Shown in pieces: positions 36,753-46,564 of a DNA stretch of 64,000 nt. The translations under genes were made by a program, and so were the position numbers. Location: IMG/VR virus record IMGVR_UViG_3300025280_000023, positions 59,550 to 123,549 of that record; one strand, 5' to 3'. The notes under the pieces were generated by a model that saw only the letters and a program-made list of their open reading frames with translations, made no database searches and had not been told where the DNA came from. Source of the DNA: a virus. Every line of letters begins with the position of its first letter. Within the stretch, counting starts at the first letter, position 1.

Positions 36753-37037
36753 TCAATCGTCTTCGTCGTCCCACTCGTCGTCGTCTGCCTCATCAAGGGC
36801 ACACTGAAAAGCTGATTCAAACGAACTCTCGTCCGTGAGTTCCCACTTGCACTTGTCCACGCCTCTATGGAGGGCTTGAATAACCCAATCGCCTGAAATG
36901 TCGTACTCTTTATTCAGGTCTTTCGAGTTGAACCACTCGTCCACCTGTTCATCCAGCCACAGGGCAAGGTCCGCCGCCATGGTTCCAATTGTACTATCAT
37001 CCGGGCGCTGCTTCTTGCTTTCAGTTGTTTCAAGCAT
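36753..37037 (-). CDS. acidic hypothetical protein
   Basis: 94 aa, Asp/Glu-rich tail, AGGAG RBS. Confidence 0.75.
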   Translation of the reverse strand: MLETTESKKQRPDDSTIGTMAADLALWLDEQVDEWFNSKDLNKEYDISGDWVIQALHRGVDKCKWELTDESSFESAFQCALDEADDDEWDDEDD

Positions 37038-37239
37038 TGTGTGTCTCCTTTCCGGTCAAGATGTTTGAATCTTTCAGTATTTCTAGACACTCTCTTAGAA
37101 CAAGTAGAGTATCCTTTGGAATCGGTACGAACATCGGTGTCGGGCCTGCCAAAAAAGCAATCAGTTCGTGCAGATCCTTTTGTGTAACTAAATTCACTCT
37201 TTCGCTCCTTCGCACTTGAAGGCTTCTTCCGTTTGCCAC
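37030..37239 (-). CDS. hypothetical protein
   Basis: ORF in operon; true start may be near 37197. Confidence 0.55.
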   Translation of the reverse strand: MANGRSLQVRRSERVNLVTQKDLHELIAFLAGPTPMFVPIPKDTLLVLRECLEILKDSNILTGKETHNA

Positions 37240-37448
37240 TTGAACAACCTTAGCTTGTTCTCTGCGATTATGTCAAGTGCTGTTTTTCTTTCATTGAACA
37301 GAGAAAACTCGCAGGGCCAGCGCTCCTTCGCCTGGAGTGCCCCGTGCTCAAGGTATACGTCAATTATTTCTTCCGCTACCGCTCGGACGTAACCTAACTC
37401 GATTACTTCTTTGACCGCGTTTTCTCTAGCTCTCTTGAACCGAAACAT
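37194..37448 (-). CDS. hypothetical protein
   Basis: 84 aa ORF, GGAGG RBS. Confidence 0.72.
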   Translation of the reverse strand: MFRFKRARENAVKEVIELGYVRAVAEEIIDVYLEHGALQAKERWPCEFSLFNERKTALDIIAENKLRLFKWQTEEAFKCEGAKE

Positions 37449-37702
37449 CAGCGGGCCTCCAAGACGGGCACGTTTATTGTGGTTACTCTCTTCGTGACCA
37501 CCGGGATCTCTTCGATGGTCCCGTAGATGATTCCTTCAAACGAAACAGAGTGACCACAATTAGAACACTTACAAACAGTCCGCAAGGCTGCCGTGATTGG
37601 GTAGGTGGTTACTCCTCGCCTAATTCGGTTTAGTCTGTTTCCCCAAACCGGGACCATCGCTTGCCCCTCAACCATCTCGGTGTCACATTTACGGCAATTC
37701 AT
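37448..37702 (-). CDS. Zn-ribbon hypothetical protein
   Basis: CRKC...CSNCG. Confidence 0.72.
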   Translation of the reverse strand: MNCRKCDTEMVEGQAMVPVWGNRLNRIRRGVTTYPITAALRTVCKCSNCGHSVSFEGIIYGTIEEIPVVTKRVTTINVPVLEAR

Positions 37703-37901
37703 TTGTCTGCTCCCTGTCTCTAAGTGAATAAAGAAGTCCTGACTCTCGAAGAATCCTCATGGCCTCTTTCATATAAGCCAACTCTCTCTTTCTCGCCGCT
37801 AGGGCTTCCACTTGTTCAATAGTTGGCAAAGGATTCATTTGGTCACTCCCTGTCTGAACCTGAGCATCAGTCTAGCCGATACTCAGGTTCATGTCAACTG
37901 C

Positions 37902-38429
37902 TTAGTAGCGAGTTGTTTGGGCCGCATTGAGACTAAGTGAAGCCTTGCAGTCCGGGCAGCCGTAGCGGTAGCCCTTCAGCATCTTTGTTTGCCTTGTCTT
38001 TGTGATCTGCCATTCTTTACAATCACAGTAAGCCGGCACCCGCCTGACCTTCCGGCGCAACCCATCCCGGTTGACAGTGTGGCAGCGGTCGCCCTTGGCA
38101 CCCGCCTGGGTCATGTACCGCTTCCAGATCGGCCCGTGACCTGCCGTGCGGCGGCCAAGGCGTCTAGCGTGCCTCTCAGCGACGACGTGACACGCCTCGT
38201 GGATGATCGTCTCTCGTCGCTCCTCCGGGGTTGCTCGGTTCCAAAGAACTGAACTAAACCGAACCCGGCCAGTGCCTTTAAAGTGATTGTAACGGGCGTC
38301 GCCCATGCGTCGGGTGAACCGGCTGTTCCACTGGATCTTAGTGCAATCAAAGAGATCCGACTCGCCACACACATCAAACGTCTCTTTGATTAGTTGAGAG
38401 ATTTCTTCTTTCGTTGTGTACTCAGACAC
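37902..38429 (-). CDS. SprT-like Zn metalloprotease domain protein
   Basis: TIIHEACH, GHGPIWK, C-terminal CDC...CPDC. Confidence 0.9.
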   Translation of the reverse strand: MSEYTTKEEISQLIKETFDVCGESDLFDCTKIQWNSRFTRRMGDARYNHFKGTGRVRFSSVLWNRATPEERRETIIHEACHVVAERHARRLGRRTAGHGPIWKRYMTQAGAKGDRCHTVNRDGLRRKVRRVPAYCDCKEWQITKTRQTKMLKGYRYGCPDCKASLSLNAAQTTRY

Positions 38430-38456
38430 TTGGTGCCTCCTGTGAAGTTCTCAACT

Positions 38457-38485
38457 ACGTTAGCAAATGATTCAGTATACGTCAA
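38457..38485 (-). promoter_or_regulatory. repeated early promoter copy 3
   Basis: TTGACG-TATACTGAATCATTTGC-TAACGT. Confidence 0.75.
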
Positions 38486-38500
38486 GTGCCAAATACTAAA

Positions 38501-38887
38501 CTATTCACACAGGCTGGTGATGGAGGGGCGATCCCTGAAGTACGAATGATGCTCAACCAACTTAAACCAACCGGGACAGTGGAAGTCGCCTGAGTCCCCG
38601 TTTGCCACTACAGGGCGTAGGTTGATTCGCTTATTCTTTACAATGTAATAAGCAATCAACTTACGATGCGGCGTGTCGTACCCATATGCATCCGTGAATA
38701 CCTTGCCTGGACAAAATGACCAATAGCCATTCTCCCGCTCATCCTCGGTTGCAAAATAAGGCAATCCAAGACTAGCACAAAGGCTCTCCGAAAAGTACAT
38801 TTCATCAATCAAGTCGGGTCCAATCAACTCAAACGAATCGGAGTTGACTGCGGGCCTGTCCATGTCTACTCGTGTTTCTTCAATCAT
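38501..38887 (-). CDS. hypothetical protein
   Basis: 128 aa ORF, AGGAG RBS. Confidence 0.75.
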   Translation of the reverse strand: MIEETRVDMDRPAVNSDSFELIGPDLIDEMYFSESLCASLGLPYFATEDERENGYWSFCPGKVFTDAYGYDTPHRKLIAYYIVKNKRINLRPVVANGDSGDFHCPGWFKLVEHHSYFRDRPSITSLCE

Positions 38888-39075
38888 TTCAACTCCTTAC
38901 CGGCTTCTTCCCTGTAGTCAAATACAAGTTCTGAATCAACAAACTCATAGTGCAATTCAACCACACACTTACCCTCAGTCGCCGCCAGGTCCTTGGCGTC
39001 TTTATACCAATCAAAGACACGCACGTCTTGACCATGCTCATCGGGGTCTGAGGTGACTACATACTTGTAGATCAT
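38884..39075 (-). CDS. hypothetical protein
   Basis: 63 aa ORF with ATGA overlaps. Confidence 0.7.
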   Translation of the reverse strand: MIYKYVVTSDPDEHGQDVRVFDWYKDAKDLAATEGKCVVELHYEFVDSELVFDYREEAGKELK

Positions 39076-39299
39076 CTTGAACCTCTCTGTTCTTTGCAGT
39101 TAGAACATCTCTGGCATGTTCCCCAGATGCATGTTCCCATTGTTTGATTAGTTTCTACCTTGCGGTACTCCTTTGCAGCGAGCACAGTATTCATTGCTTT
39201 ATCTAAAAGCACCGCAGCCTCACTCTTACCAGCCCCATGGTTCACTTCGATTGAATCCCGAAGGCTCTTGATACTTTGAACAATCTTAGTAAACTGCAT
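39072..39299 (-). CDS. hypothetical protein
   Basis: AGGAGG RBS before MQFTK; ORF track 39072..39365. Confidence 0.65.
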   Translation of the reverse strand: MQFTKIVQSIKSLRDSIEVNHGAGKSEAAVLLDKAMNTVLAAKEYRKVETNQTMGTCIWGTCQRCSNCKEQRGSR

Positions 39300-39466
39300 G
39301 GTGGTCCTCCTACGCTTCGGCCACTGGGCATACCTGAAGATACCAGAAGGTTTCAAATATGTCAACTACTGTCGGCTCCGTCCCGTATGCCAGGGTTGCC
39401 AGTTCAACTGGATCACAGTAATAGAGCCACTCGGGCATCTTTCCTGGGTTATTGGTGGATTGCATT

Positions 39467-39670
39467 TTACTCGTCCTCCTCGTCCTGAAAGACACTCTCG
39501 CTCTTCAGATTCATCACTCCCATGATATGTCTCCCGCACAACTTGTTGTAGATTACAGGAAACTGATACATGAACGTATGCCTCTCCTCGCTTTTCAAGT
39601 GATGCATAAAGAAATCAATTACAAGGCGAGTTTCGTATGAGTTCAGATTATATTCAGTAGAATTAATCAT
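39467..39670 (-). CDS. hypothetical protein
   Basis: AGGAG RBS before MINSTEY; ORF track to 39706. Confidence 0.65.
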   Translation of the reverse strand: MINSTEYNLNSYETRLVIDFFMHHLKSEERHTFMYQFPVIYNKLCGRHIMGVMNLKSESVFQDEEDE

Positions 39671-39683
39671 TGTCAACTCCTTT

Positions 39684-40007
39684 TTAGTACGGTTGCTTCG
39701 TACCATTCATGATAGCAAACAGGTCTTTGAATTCGTTACGCGAAACCTGCCTGAGACCGTGGTAGCGATTCGGGTCCTGTCCAACCGGCGCAACCTGTTC
39801 AGAGTAAGCCCAGTTGCCAGAACTCAGGCCGAAGTTAACCCGATTCTTTTTTACCAGATCCCAGGTTACTTCATTCACATCTTCCCCATACTTCTCTCTA
39901 GGATAGACGGTTGTTTCCAGACTCATGACCTTCACTGTCTTTGGTTCATCATTACCAAAAGAACCGCGCCAGCTAACCTCGTCACCCACTTTGATTGTCT
40001 TGCTCAT
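39684..40007 (-). CDS. hypothetical protein
   Basis: GGAGG RBS before MSKTIKVGD; TTGACA-N16-TATACT promoter. Confidence 0.72.
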   Translation of the reverse strand: MSKTIKVGDEVSWRGSFGNDEPKTVKVMSLETTVYPREKYGEDVNEVTWDLVKKNRVNFGLSSGNWAYSEQVAPVGQDPNRYHGLRQVSRNEFKDLFAIMNGTKQPY

Positions 40008-40060
40008 TGCAAGCCTCCATCGCTTAGTTCTCAATCAGTATACAGACGTGAGCCTAGATG

Positions 40061-40468
40061 TCAATAGTTGTCGAAGGGAGGGGTTAGGCTCTGGACAAAA
40101 GAAACGTACAGTCGTCCCTGCGTGTCCCTGAAGTCATTGTCGCCGGGGTCCTCTCCGAGCCTACCGTAGGCTACTTCAATTGACTCCTCTTCCTCTGCCT
40201 TCTCAAAGATACAATCAATCACTCTGTCCCACGGCTGGTAGCACTTGGTTGAGTCGTATCCAAAGGCAATCCCGATTGTGTTTTTATCGAGTTGCTCTTT
40301 CTCTTTATGTTGTACATCGAGAATCGCCGCCCAGACAGACTCCTCAGAAAAAGAATAGGGTGATTGCTTTGTGGTGACTCCTTTCTTCTCTTCCATCCAT
40401 TTTGTGAATTCATTTACTTTGTCCTCGGGGCCTGCAATCAGCAGTTGCCACTCGCTTCGATAACCCAC
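40061..40468 (-). CDS. hypothetical protein (MGYRS-type phage family)
   Basis: 135 aa ORF, AGGAGG RBS. Confidence 0.78.
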   Translation of the reverse strand: MGYRSEWQLLIAGPEDKVNEFTKWMEEKKGVTTKQSPYSFSEESVWAAILDVQHKEKEQLDKNTIGIAFGYDSTKCYQPWDRVIDCIFEKAEEEESIEVAYGRLGEDPGDNDFRDTQGRLYVSFVQSLTPPFDNY

Positions 40469-40501
40469 CGGTCGCCTCCTGTTCGTGGTGCTTGACCCAT
40501 G

Positions 40502-41434
40502 CTATACGGCAAGTGCGTCGTTGTCAAGGGACTCTAGCTCGTTACCCGTAAGATTAACCAAGTAACAGCCGGGGTTCTTTCCATTCGGCCAAAGTTCAAT
40601 GCCGTAACCGGGTCCGTTCAGAATCTTGTCGCGTCGGGTCCAACAATCATCATCTGAACAATCCGCAGAGGGGTTGACTGAATCGTAATAACGAGTCTCC
40701 TCCTTCAGATACTTCAGATTGCCATCAGGCACTTTATCACAGATAACAGAAAGGTGCCTATACCCGTGCATAACAAACTGATTAAGCACAACTCCCTCAA
40801 AGCCTCCTGAGTAGACGCGCTCCCCAGGATTGGGGGGCGTGGCAAACTCATCCCGACCAGTCCAGCGAGCATCCGTTCGCCAGTTGAAATTGGGATCCTC
40901 GTTCTCTTTAATGTAGTTACTCTCTGGGAAGAACTCCGACTGAGGAAAAGCAATCAGATAAAGATACCCATGTGAAGCGTTGGTGTTAGCCAGCACCTTG
41001 ATTGCATAATTCTCATACAAAGTAAACGTACAATTTACCGTGCCATCCATCGCACGCCTGTCTGGTTCACTTGACTTAGAGACTGCTGTTTCATCCCCGT
41101 AGTCTTTTTCATTCAGAGTGCCCCAAAGCACCTGCTTCGCCCTCGCCTGGAGAATCGGGATAACATAATTATCCAAATATTGACAGAACGGCTTCCGCAA
41201 AGCCTTTGATTCACAATAAATCGTCTGGCGATCCCACAATAGATCAATCGGGGTATCACGTCGCGGGTTCAGGATCGCACGGGCTCCCCATGCAACTGGA
41301 ACATCCGGCAATGGAAGTCCACCAGAGTAAACGGTCTCGCCCTCACTGTTTACTTCGCGTGGACAGTGAGACCAAAGGCCGAACGGGTGTCCAAACGAAG
41401 TATTGCTCCAGTAGTTATTCGGATCGCTTTTCAA
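40502..41434 (-). CDS. hypothetical protein
   Basis: 310 aa ORF, AGGAG RBS. Confidence 0.82.
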   Translation of the reverse strand: MKSDPNNYWSNTSFGHPFGLWSHCPREVNSEGETVYSGGLPLPDVPVAWGARAILNPRRDTPIDLLWDRQTIYCESKALRKPFCQYLDNYVIPILQARAKQVLWGTLNEKDYGDETAVSKSSEPDRRAMDGTVNCTFTLYENYAIKVLANTNASHGYLYLIAFPQSEFFPESNYIKENEDPNFNWRTDARWTGRDEFATPPNPGERVYSGGFEGVVLNQFVMHGYRHLSVICDKVPDGNLKYLKEETRYYDSVNPSADCSDDDCWTRRDKILNGPGYGIELWPNGKNPGCYLVNLTGNELESLDNDALAV

Positions 41435-41656
41435 TTTCGTTCTCCTACAGCAAAGTAATCAATGGAAACATAAGGGCCACAGTGGTAACAGTCATGTACA
41501 CATAAAAGCCAATCGAAGTAATGCTGCCATCCTTCTCGTGAAGCGTACACACTGTTTCAACAATATTCTTAAACAACTTCTTCTCCTGATGAACACTACT
41601 TGCGTTCATGTCGATACGTTAACAAGCCATAAGTAGTTTGTCAATGGGAAAACGAA

Positions 41657-41732
41657 TGGTGGGTCGGGTGGGACTTGAACCCACAACCTTCAGATTAAGA
41701 GTCTGCTATTCTGCCAATTGAATTACCAACCC
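41657..41732 (-). tRNA. tRNA-Lys (CTT)
   Basis: 76-nt cloverleaf, loop CT-CTT-AA, TTCAA T-loop, encoded CCA. Confidence 0.93.
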
Positions 41733-41735
41733 AGA

Positions 41736-41978
41736 CTATTCATTGCAGATTACTTCAACAACATTAAAGTTCTCATCGCTCTTCTCTTTGATTATTCTCC
41801 ATGCTTTCGTTTTGGTTGATTCTAACCAAATAGAATCAGTGCCCTCGGGAAACACAGAGAACTTACCCATCTTATCTTGTCGTAGCACCTTCCACAAGGC
41901 CCCCTGCTCCCTCACGCGGTTCTTCCCGTGCAAGGTCTTGCCCTCTAGCCGCAAAACGTCTCCTAGGCTCACTCTCAC
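41736..41978 (-). CDS. hypothetical protein
   Basis: 80 aa ORF; LEGKTLHGKNRVREQG motif. Confidence 0.75.
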   Translation of the reverse strand: MRVSLGDVLRLEGKTLHGKNRVREQGALWKVLRQDKMGKFSVFPEGTDSIWLESTKTKAWRIIKEKSDENFNVVEVICNE

Positions 41979-42445
41979 CCGCCTCTCCTGTCTCGCTCGT
42001 GGAGCGTTGCTAGGCTACAACGTGAATCTTGCCATCCGTCGTCCTCGTTGTCAACTGTTTCTTCTCTCTCCCAGAATACAAGACGAACAGGCGTGTCCTT
42101 CTTAATTCTAATTGACATTGGGCTATGGTTCAATGCAAGGAACGGAACAAGTACAACGTGGTCATCGTGGACAAACGCTTTAGTCCAAGTAACCCCTTCT
42201 ATCTCCTCCCGTGCCAGCTTGCCACCAGAGTCTTCAGTCGGATAAGGATACGTTGACTGCTTTGAGCTGATTACATTATTCCCGTCAAGAACTTGGACTC
42301 CTCTAAACCCTCTTGTCTTGTTATCGATTAATCCGTTTTCCTCACAGAAATCTCGATATGAATCAAGTGGGCTAAAACTGCATCCCATTGCAATGAGTGA
42401 ATCGAAGGTAATTACGGCATTGTTATTTAGTTTGCTCTTTTCCAC
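41975..42445 (-). CDS. hypothetical protein
   Basis: 156 aa ORF in operon. Confidence 0.72.
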   Translation of the reverse strand: MEKSKLNNNAVITFDSLIAMGCSFSPLDSYRDFCEENGLIDNKTRGFRGVQVLDGNNVISSKQSTYPYPTEDSGGKLAREEIEGVTWTKAFVHDDHVVLVPFLALNHSPMSIRIKKDTPVRLVFWEREETVDNEDDGWQDSRCSLATLHERDRRGG

Positions 42446-42891
42446 CAGTCGTCTCCGTGTTCTGTTTGCATTTTCTGGACGTACTCAGCGCGTGCCTTAC
42501 TCTCTGCCACGTCTCGCGTTGCAAGCGTGACCGCAATCGAGCGGAGTACCGTGGACGGCAAGAAGGGGACCTCGGGCAGCGCAGCGGGCCACCAGGGGTC
42601 GTCGTCCTCTGACTTCCTCCAACTACACACTTGGTCAAAGGCTTTACGGTACTCCGAATGAAAGTAATCATATGCTTCCTTCTTGCTTTCAAAGTAAATA
42701 ATACCTTTGACTCCCTTAAGGTCAGCCCACCCTCCATAGGCGCTAATTAGATGACCTACAATATCCGTGTACTCTTCTCCTTCATTCTCTTTTTCAGACA
42801 CACACACCATTGAAACAATCTGATCAAACAGATCGGTGTTCTCCGGCATATCAGTATGAAAGAACCATTCAATTCCAGTTGCCATCATCAT
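42427..42891 (-). CDS. hypothetical protein
   Basis: 154 aa ORF in operon. Confidence 0.75.
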   Translation of the reverse strand: MMMATGIEWFFHTDMPENTDLFDQIVSMVCVSEKENEGEEYTDIVGHLISAYGGWADLKGVKGIIYFESKKEAYDYFHSEYRKAFDQVCSWRKSEDDDPWWPAALPEVPFLPSTVLRSIAVTLATRDVAESKARAEYVQKMQTEHGDDWWKRAN

Positions 42892-42922
42892 TCTCCCGGT
42901 GTCCTTGTTTACTTACACAACC

Positions 42923-43279
42923 CTACAGGTTTTGAGCGATGTCGTCAAGCAAGTTCGACGCCATGATGAGGTCGTTACAGTGCGGTGAATCAGTGAGTTC
43001 GCCGCCAGCCTTGAGCTTGGACAGGGCCTTATCAACAGCCTCCTTGATTCTTTCCAGATGCCTAATATTCTCTTCCATGTCGGGATCCTCCCACACTGCA
43101 ATTTGAATGCTTCGTGCGCCTTCAGGGTAATTATCACCCGGACTCAAGAGCGGCTCGCTTGGCGAGTTAGACGCAGCATCCAGGGCCAAACAGAGGGCAC
43201 CGAGGTGATCCTCTGCATCTACATTAAACTGGTTCACCGCAAAGGGGCCGTTCATTACTTCTACTTTAAAACTACTCAT
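42923..43279 (-). CDS. hypothetical protein
   Basis: 118 aa ORF, GGAGGAG RBS. Confidence 0.75.
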   Translation of the reverse strand: MSSFKVEVMNGPFAVNQFNVDAEDHLGALCLALDAASNSPSEPLLSPGDNYPEGARSIQIAVWEDPDMEENIRHLERIKEAVDKALSKLKAGGELTDSPHCNDLIMASNLLDDIAQNL

Positions 43280-43300
43280 CGTCTTCTCCTCCCTGGCGTC

Positions 43301-43594
43301 CTAGCCGAGATCAACCAGTGACATGGTGATAGCCTCTTCTACCATGGCGCTCTGCACTTTGACAACAGAAAAATCGACTTTCTCCCCTTGTGACTCAAAC
43401 AGTTCATTTAGTTTGAGTACAGCGCTCTTTGCCTCATGCCGGTCAGCGAACCTCGCAGACTCTTTAATCGGCTCTAGTGTACATCCGTGGTCCAGTATGT
43501 ATTCCCAGTCCGCAAATTGACTATCACTATTCCAAGTAAACTTGCAGAGTGTCTGGGTAGTAACGTTGTCTTTAATTGCGTAGAACTCACTCAT
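43301..43594 (-). CDS. hypothetical protein
   Basis: GAGG RBS before MSEFYAIK; ORF track to 43648. Confidence 0.7.
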   Translation of the reverse strand: MSEFYAIKDNVTTQTLCKFTWNSDSQFADWEYILDHGCTLEPIKESARFADRHEAKSAVLKLNELFESQGEKVDFSVVKVQSAMVEEAITMSLVDLG

Positions 43595-43616
43595 TTTGTT
43601 CCCCTCTTGCCTTGTG

Positions 43617-44216
43617 TTAATTGTAATCACTATCGTAGGGCAGGGCATGCATAAAAGATTCCCTGTATCCCTCCCTGGAACCGTACTCCGCCTCGTATCG
43701 ATCGACTAGGCGTTGCGGCTCCCTCAGTGCAGCAGTAAACTCTTCTTCTCCAAGGCCGATCACATGGGCTCTCAGGTCTGACCAAGAGTCATCCCCGCAA
43801 TCAAGTCGATTATTCGTTTTCTCCTCCCACACCCTAAAGGTTTCGTATAATTGATTCATTAATCGGTTTACAAAACAGCGCAGCGCCTTGCTCTCCTCTC
43901 TTGAAAGAGAATTACAAAGTTGGTCGCTCATGCGATTATAATCATAGGAGCGCCCCCACCCCAAACTTTGAATGATTGCCCAATGTTTAGGATCATTCTT
44001 TTCCCGATCAATCCGTTCGGACTCCACCTTTTCTAGTTCGACAGTTTGAGAAGCACGCTTCAGCGCTGAGACAAGTGATGCAACCTCATCCTTGGTCAGG
44101 CTAATCGAAACATGGTTCTCGTCTTCTGTTACATCAATTACATTAGCATCCAAACTAAGTTGAGCAACCAAGTCGGGGTGGCCGTGAAATGTACGAACTT
44201 TAAAGTGTTCAGTCAT
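43617..44216 (-). CDS. DUF4240-like domain protein
   Basis: HWAII...GDDSWSDLRAHVIGLGEEEF. Confidence 0.65.
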   Translation of the reverse strand: MTEHFKVRTFHGHPDLVAQLSLDANVIDVTEDENHVSISLTKDEVASLVSALKRASQTVELEKVESERIDREKNDPKHWAIIQSLGWGRSYDYNRMSDQLCNSLSREESKALRCFVNRLMNQLYETFRVWEEKTNNRLDCGDDSWSDLRAHVIGLGEEEFTAALREPQRLVDRYEAEYGSREGYRESFMHALPYDSDYN

Positions 44217-44217
44217 T

Positions 44218-44574
44218 TTATCCTCTTGGGTTCAGGGCGTAAACACCGCCATCAACATTCATAAACACACTATCAGCAGCGTACACAGGATCGCCGCCCA
44301 TGTCAACAAACGTTTCGTACTTGTAAGGATTATACTTAACCTTCTCCCAAAGCTCTCCCGACTCGGGTTGAACCATTGTACCCCTTACAAAAGCGTGGAC
44401 ATTCTTTCGTTTCTCTTCTAGGACTCGCTTGCGCCCAGCGGGCTGGACTACGAACGTAACGTCTTCTAATTCAAGGAACTTCGAGTGACCAATCACTCGG
44501 CCCTTTGGCTCACCCTCCAAGGCAACCACAGACCAGCATTCCTTGTGAAGATTACGATATACTTGAACTCTCAT
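44218..44574 (-). CDS. conserved phage hypothetical protein
   Basis: VYRNLH..WSV, GRKRVLEEKRKNVHAFVRG, YNPYK pattern. Confidence 0.8.
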   Translation of the reverse strand: MRVQVYRNLHKECWSVVALEGEPKGRVIGHSKFLELEDVTFVVQPAGRKRVLEEKRKNVHAFVRGTMVQPESGELWEKVKYNPYKYETFVDMGGDPVYAADSVFMNVDGGVYALNPRG

Positions 44575-44627
44575 TTGAACTCCTTCAGACTATCGCTTCG
44601 CTCGCATCGGACAGTGAATATCCTAAC

Positions 44628-45257
44628 TCAGGGAAGCGCAACCCATGATGAATCCGGATCAAAGTAAATTAGAACATCCGTTGCATCATCAATAGCATAT
44701 CCAACAACTCTAATAAAGGCGCCCGATGTGATTGGTGCAGCGAAATTAAAGTGGCCGCTGGTCTCCGACACATACACTGGCAGTCCGTCAACAGCACCCC
44801 CAGCAGGAACATTGTCTATCTCCGTAGAAGGCACTCGTACAAAACCCTTGATCACTAGTCCAAGGTTACGAGCGCTGCCTAATCCAACACCTAGCATTTG
44901 ACTAGCCCCAGTGGCAGCGGCAGAAGCATCAGCTTGATTCCAAGTGCCATCAGTATGTAAATAATAAAGCTGTCCAGGAGTCAAGGTTTCGTCCGCTCCC
45001 GGTGAATACCTTAGTATCTCTCCTCCGCCCTGTCCATCCGATATTTGGCTTTCAAAGACTACCGTATTGTAATCATGTACTACGGCAAGCGAAGTATGAG
45101 GTGTGTCTGTTCCAATGCCCACCCTGTTGGTGTCAGCGTCAACAAACAAAGTATCATTATCCATGTTTATATCGTCATCGCCGGAGCCTAGGGAAATGTC
45201 CCCATCGACTGTTAGCGAGCCAGATATTGATGCATTTGCTCCATACTCTGTCGGCAT
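44628..45257 (-). CDS. virion structural / fibre-like protein
   Basis: ISGSLTVDG, TLFVDADTNRVGIGTDTP fibre motif; C-terminal beta-rich domain (PVYVSETSG, RVVGYA). Confidence 0.7.
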   Translation of the reverse strand: MPTEYGANASISGSLTVDGDISLGSGDDDINMDNDTLFVDADTNRVGIGTDTPHTSLAVVHDYNTVVFESQISDGQGGGEILRYSPGADETLTPGQLYYLHTDGTWNQADASAAATGASQMLGVGLGSARNLGLVIKGFVRVPSTEIDNVPAGGAVDGLPVYVSETSGHFNFAAPITSGAFIRVVGYAIDDATDVLIYFDPDSSWVALP

Positions 45258-45539
45258 CGTTCAGGTGCTCCTTGGCTAGTTGTTTTATATAGCCAACGTA
45301 AACAAAATCTTGACCACTGAAGTTAACTTAAGTGCGACCTCATTTGTCTAGTCCTTTCTTGGCTTCTTCTGGTTCTTCTTTGGTTGCCTTATACTTGGAG
45401 TGATTCAAGGCACCTGTCACTACAGAAGCCGTGGAACTCTGGATGATCATCCACCATTCGTTCTTCATTCAATTCATCTCCACAGTTATAACAAATTGTA
45501 TCATCCGGGCAGTCCTCTTGCGGATTCCAGCGGCTTTTA

Positions 45540-46088
45540 TCAAACCTCATACCGATTTTCCTCATCATCATCATAATTCTCTTCTTCAACGAAGTCAATA
45601 GAGAGATCGGTAAAATTACCATTAGAATCCAGCCTAACGCGAAGAGGATAACAACCATCACCGTACCCAGTAGAGCTACACGCACCCATACCATCCCCGG
45701 TGTCAAACATGCCCGCTCCGTGCTCGTTGTTGGTTGATTGGCAAGCTGCTTCGTATCCGGGCTTGGGAGCCTCTTCGTTGAATCCATAAAAATCTCCACT
45801 TAGAATATAACACGGGTCCGCTATTACGACCTTTCCACTGTTTGAGGCTTCAAAGCTCCCCACCCTATTACCACTCTTGCTAAAGCGCCCTACCTTGGCG
45901 AAGAGCCTGGCAACGCGGCCCTGATCATTGTATTCTACGCTCACACAGACGCGAGCACCGGGGGCTGCTTTAATCAGTTCAAAGATTCCATCGATGTGAT
46001 TGTATTTTGTTAAATCAACTGCACCCCCAAAGGGAACAATGGACATCTGACCGCTATCTACTCCCAAGTTACAAACGCGCATCTTCAT
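45540..46088 (-). CDS. DUF4241-like protein
   Basis: GVDSGQ, VIADPCY, STGYGDGCYP. Confidence 0.7.
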   Translation of the reverse strand: MKMRVCNLGVDSGQMSIVPFGGAVDLTKYNHIDGIFELIKAAPGARVCVSVEYNDQGRVARLFAKVGRFSKSGNRVGSFEASNSGKVVIADPCYILSGDFYGFNEEAPKPGYEAACQSTNNEHGAGMFDTGDGMGACSSTGYGDGCYPLRVRLDSNGNFTDLSIDFVEEENYDDDEENRYEV

Positions 46089-46091
46089 CTC

Positions 46092-46322
46092 CTATTTTTT
46101 GATTAATTCAAGGTAGGAAACCTTCCCGCCATCTTTAACCTCTAAGAAATCTACCTTATCTCCCAGGCTACGACGTTCTTCGACTATAGCGTAGACTTCG
46201 CCGGGTGTCAACTCATGAAAGCCAATCGGCTCCACCCACCCATGGGCTTTGTCATCTGATTCCACTATGAATTGGCCTAGGACTTCGCCTGATTTTCCAA
46301 TTATAGCATAAATCTTCATCAA
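46092..46322 (-). CDS. hypothetical protein
   Basis: 76 aa ORF in operon. Confidence 0.7.
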   Translation of the reverse strand: MMKIYAIIGKSGEVLGQFIVESDDKAHGWVEPIGFHELTPGEVYAIVEERRSLGDKVDFLEVKDGGKVSYLELIKK

Positions 46323-46564
46323 TCCTTCTTACGTTTGTTCTTGCCCTTCTTCCTTGATTTCTTTTCTTTTTCCAAGCCGCGAACCTTGACAATAAATGTA
46401 TCGTCCGCCATTCGCTTTACTTTGACCTGACCAGTGGATTCCTCTAACTTATCAATCCTTGCCTGGATTGATTTGCGGAGCTTGTCTGCTTCTTTAAAGG
46501 TTGCAAACCGTGCTTCGTTATACCAAGATTTACCATGATTTGATTCAGACATTATTACTCCCAA
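46319..46564 (-). CDS. basic hypothetical protein
   Basis: ORF in operon; start may be 46552. Confidence 0.7.
   Translation of the reverse strand: MGVIMSESNHGKSWYNEARFATFKEADKLRKSIQARIDKLEESTGQVKVKRMADDTFIVKVRGLEKEKKSRKKGKNKRKKD

Noticed and set aside
36539-36820. Three ~65-aa ORFs over the tRNA-like element
   Set aside because: No RBS, mutually overlapping; the T-arm and 21-bp stem point to a non-coding element.
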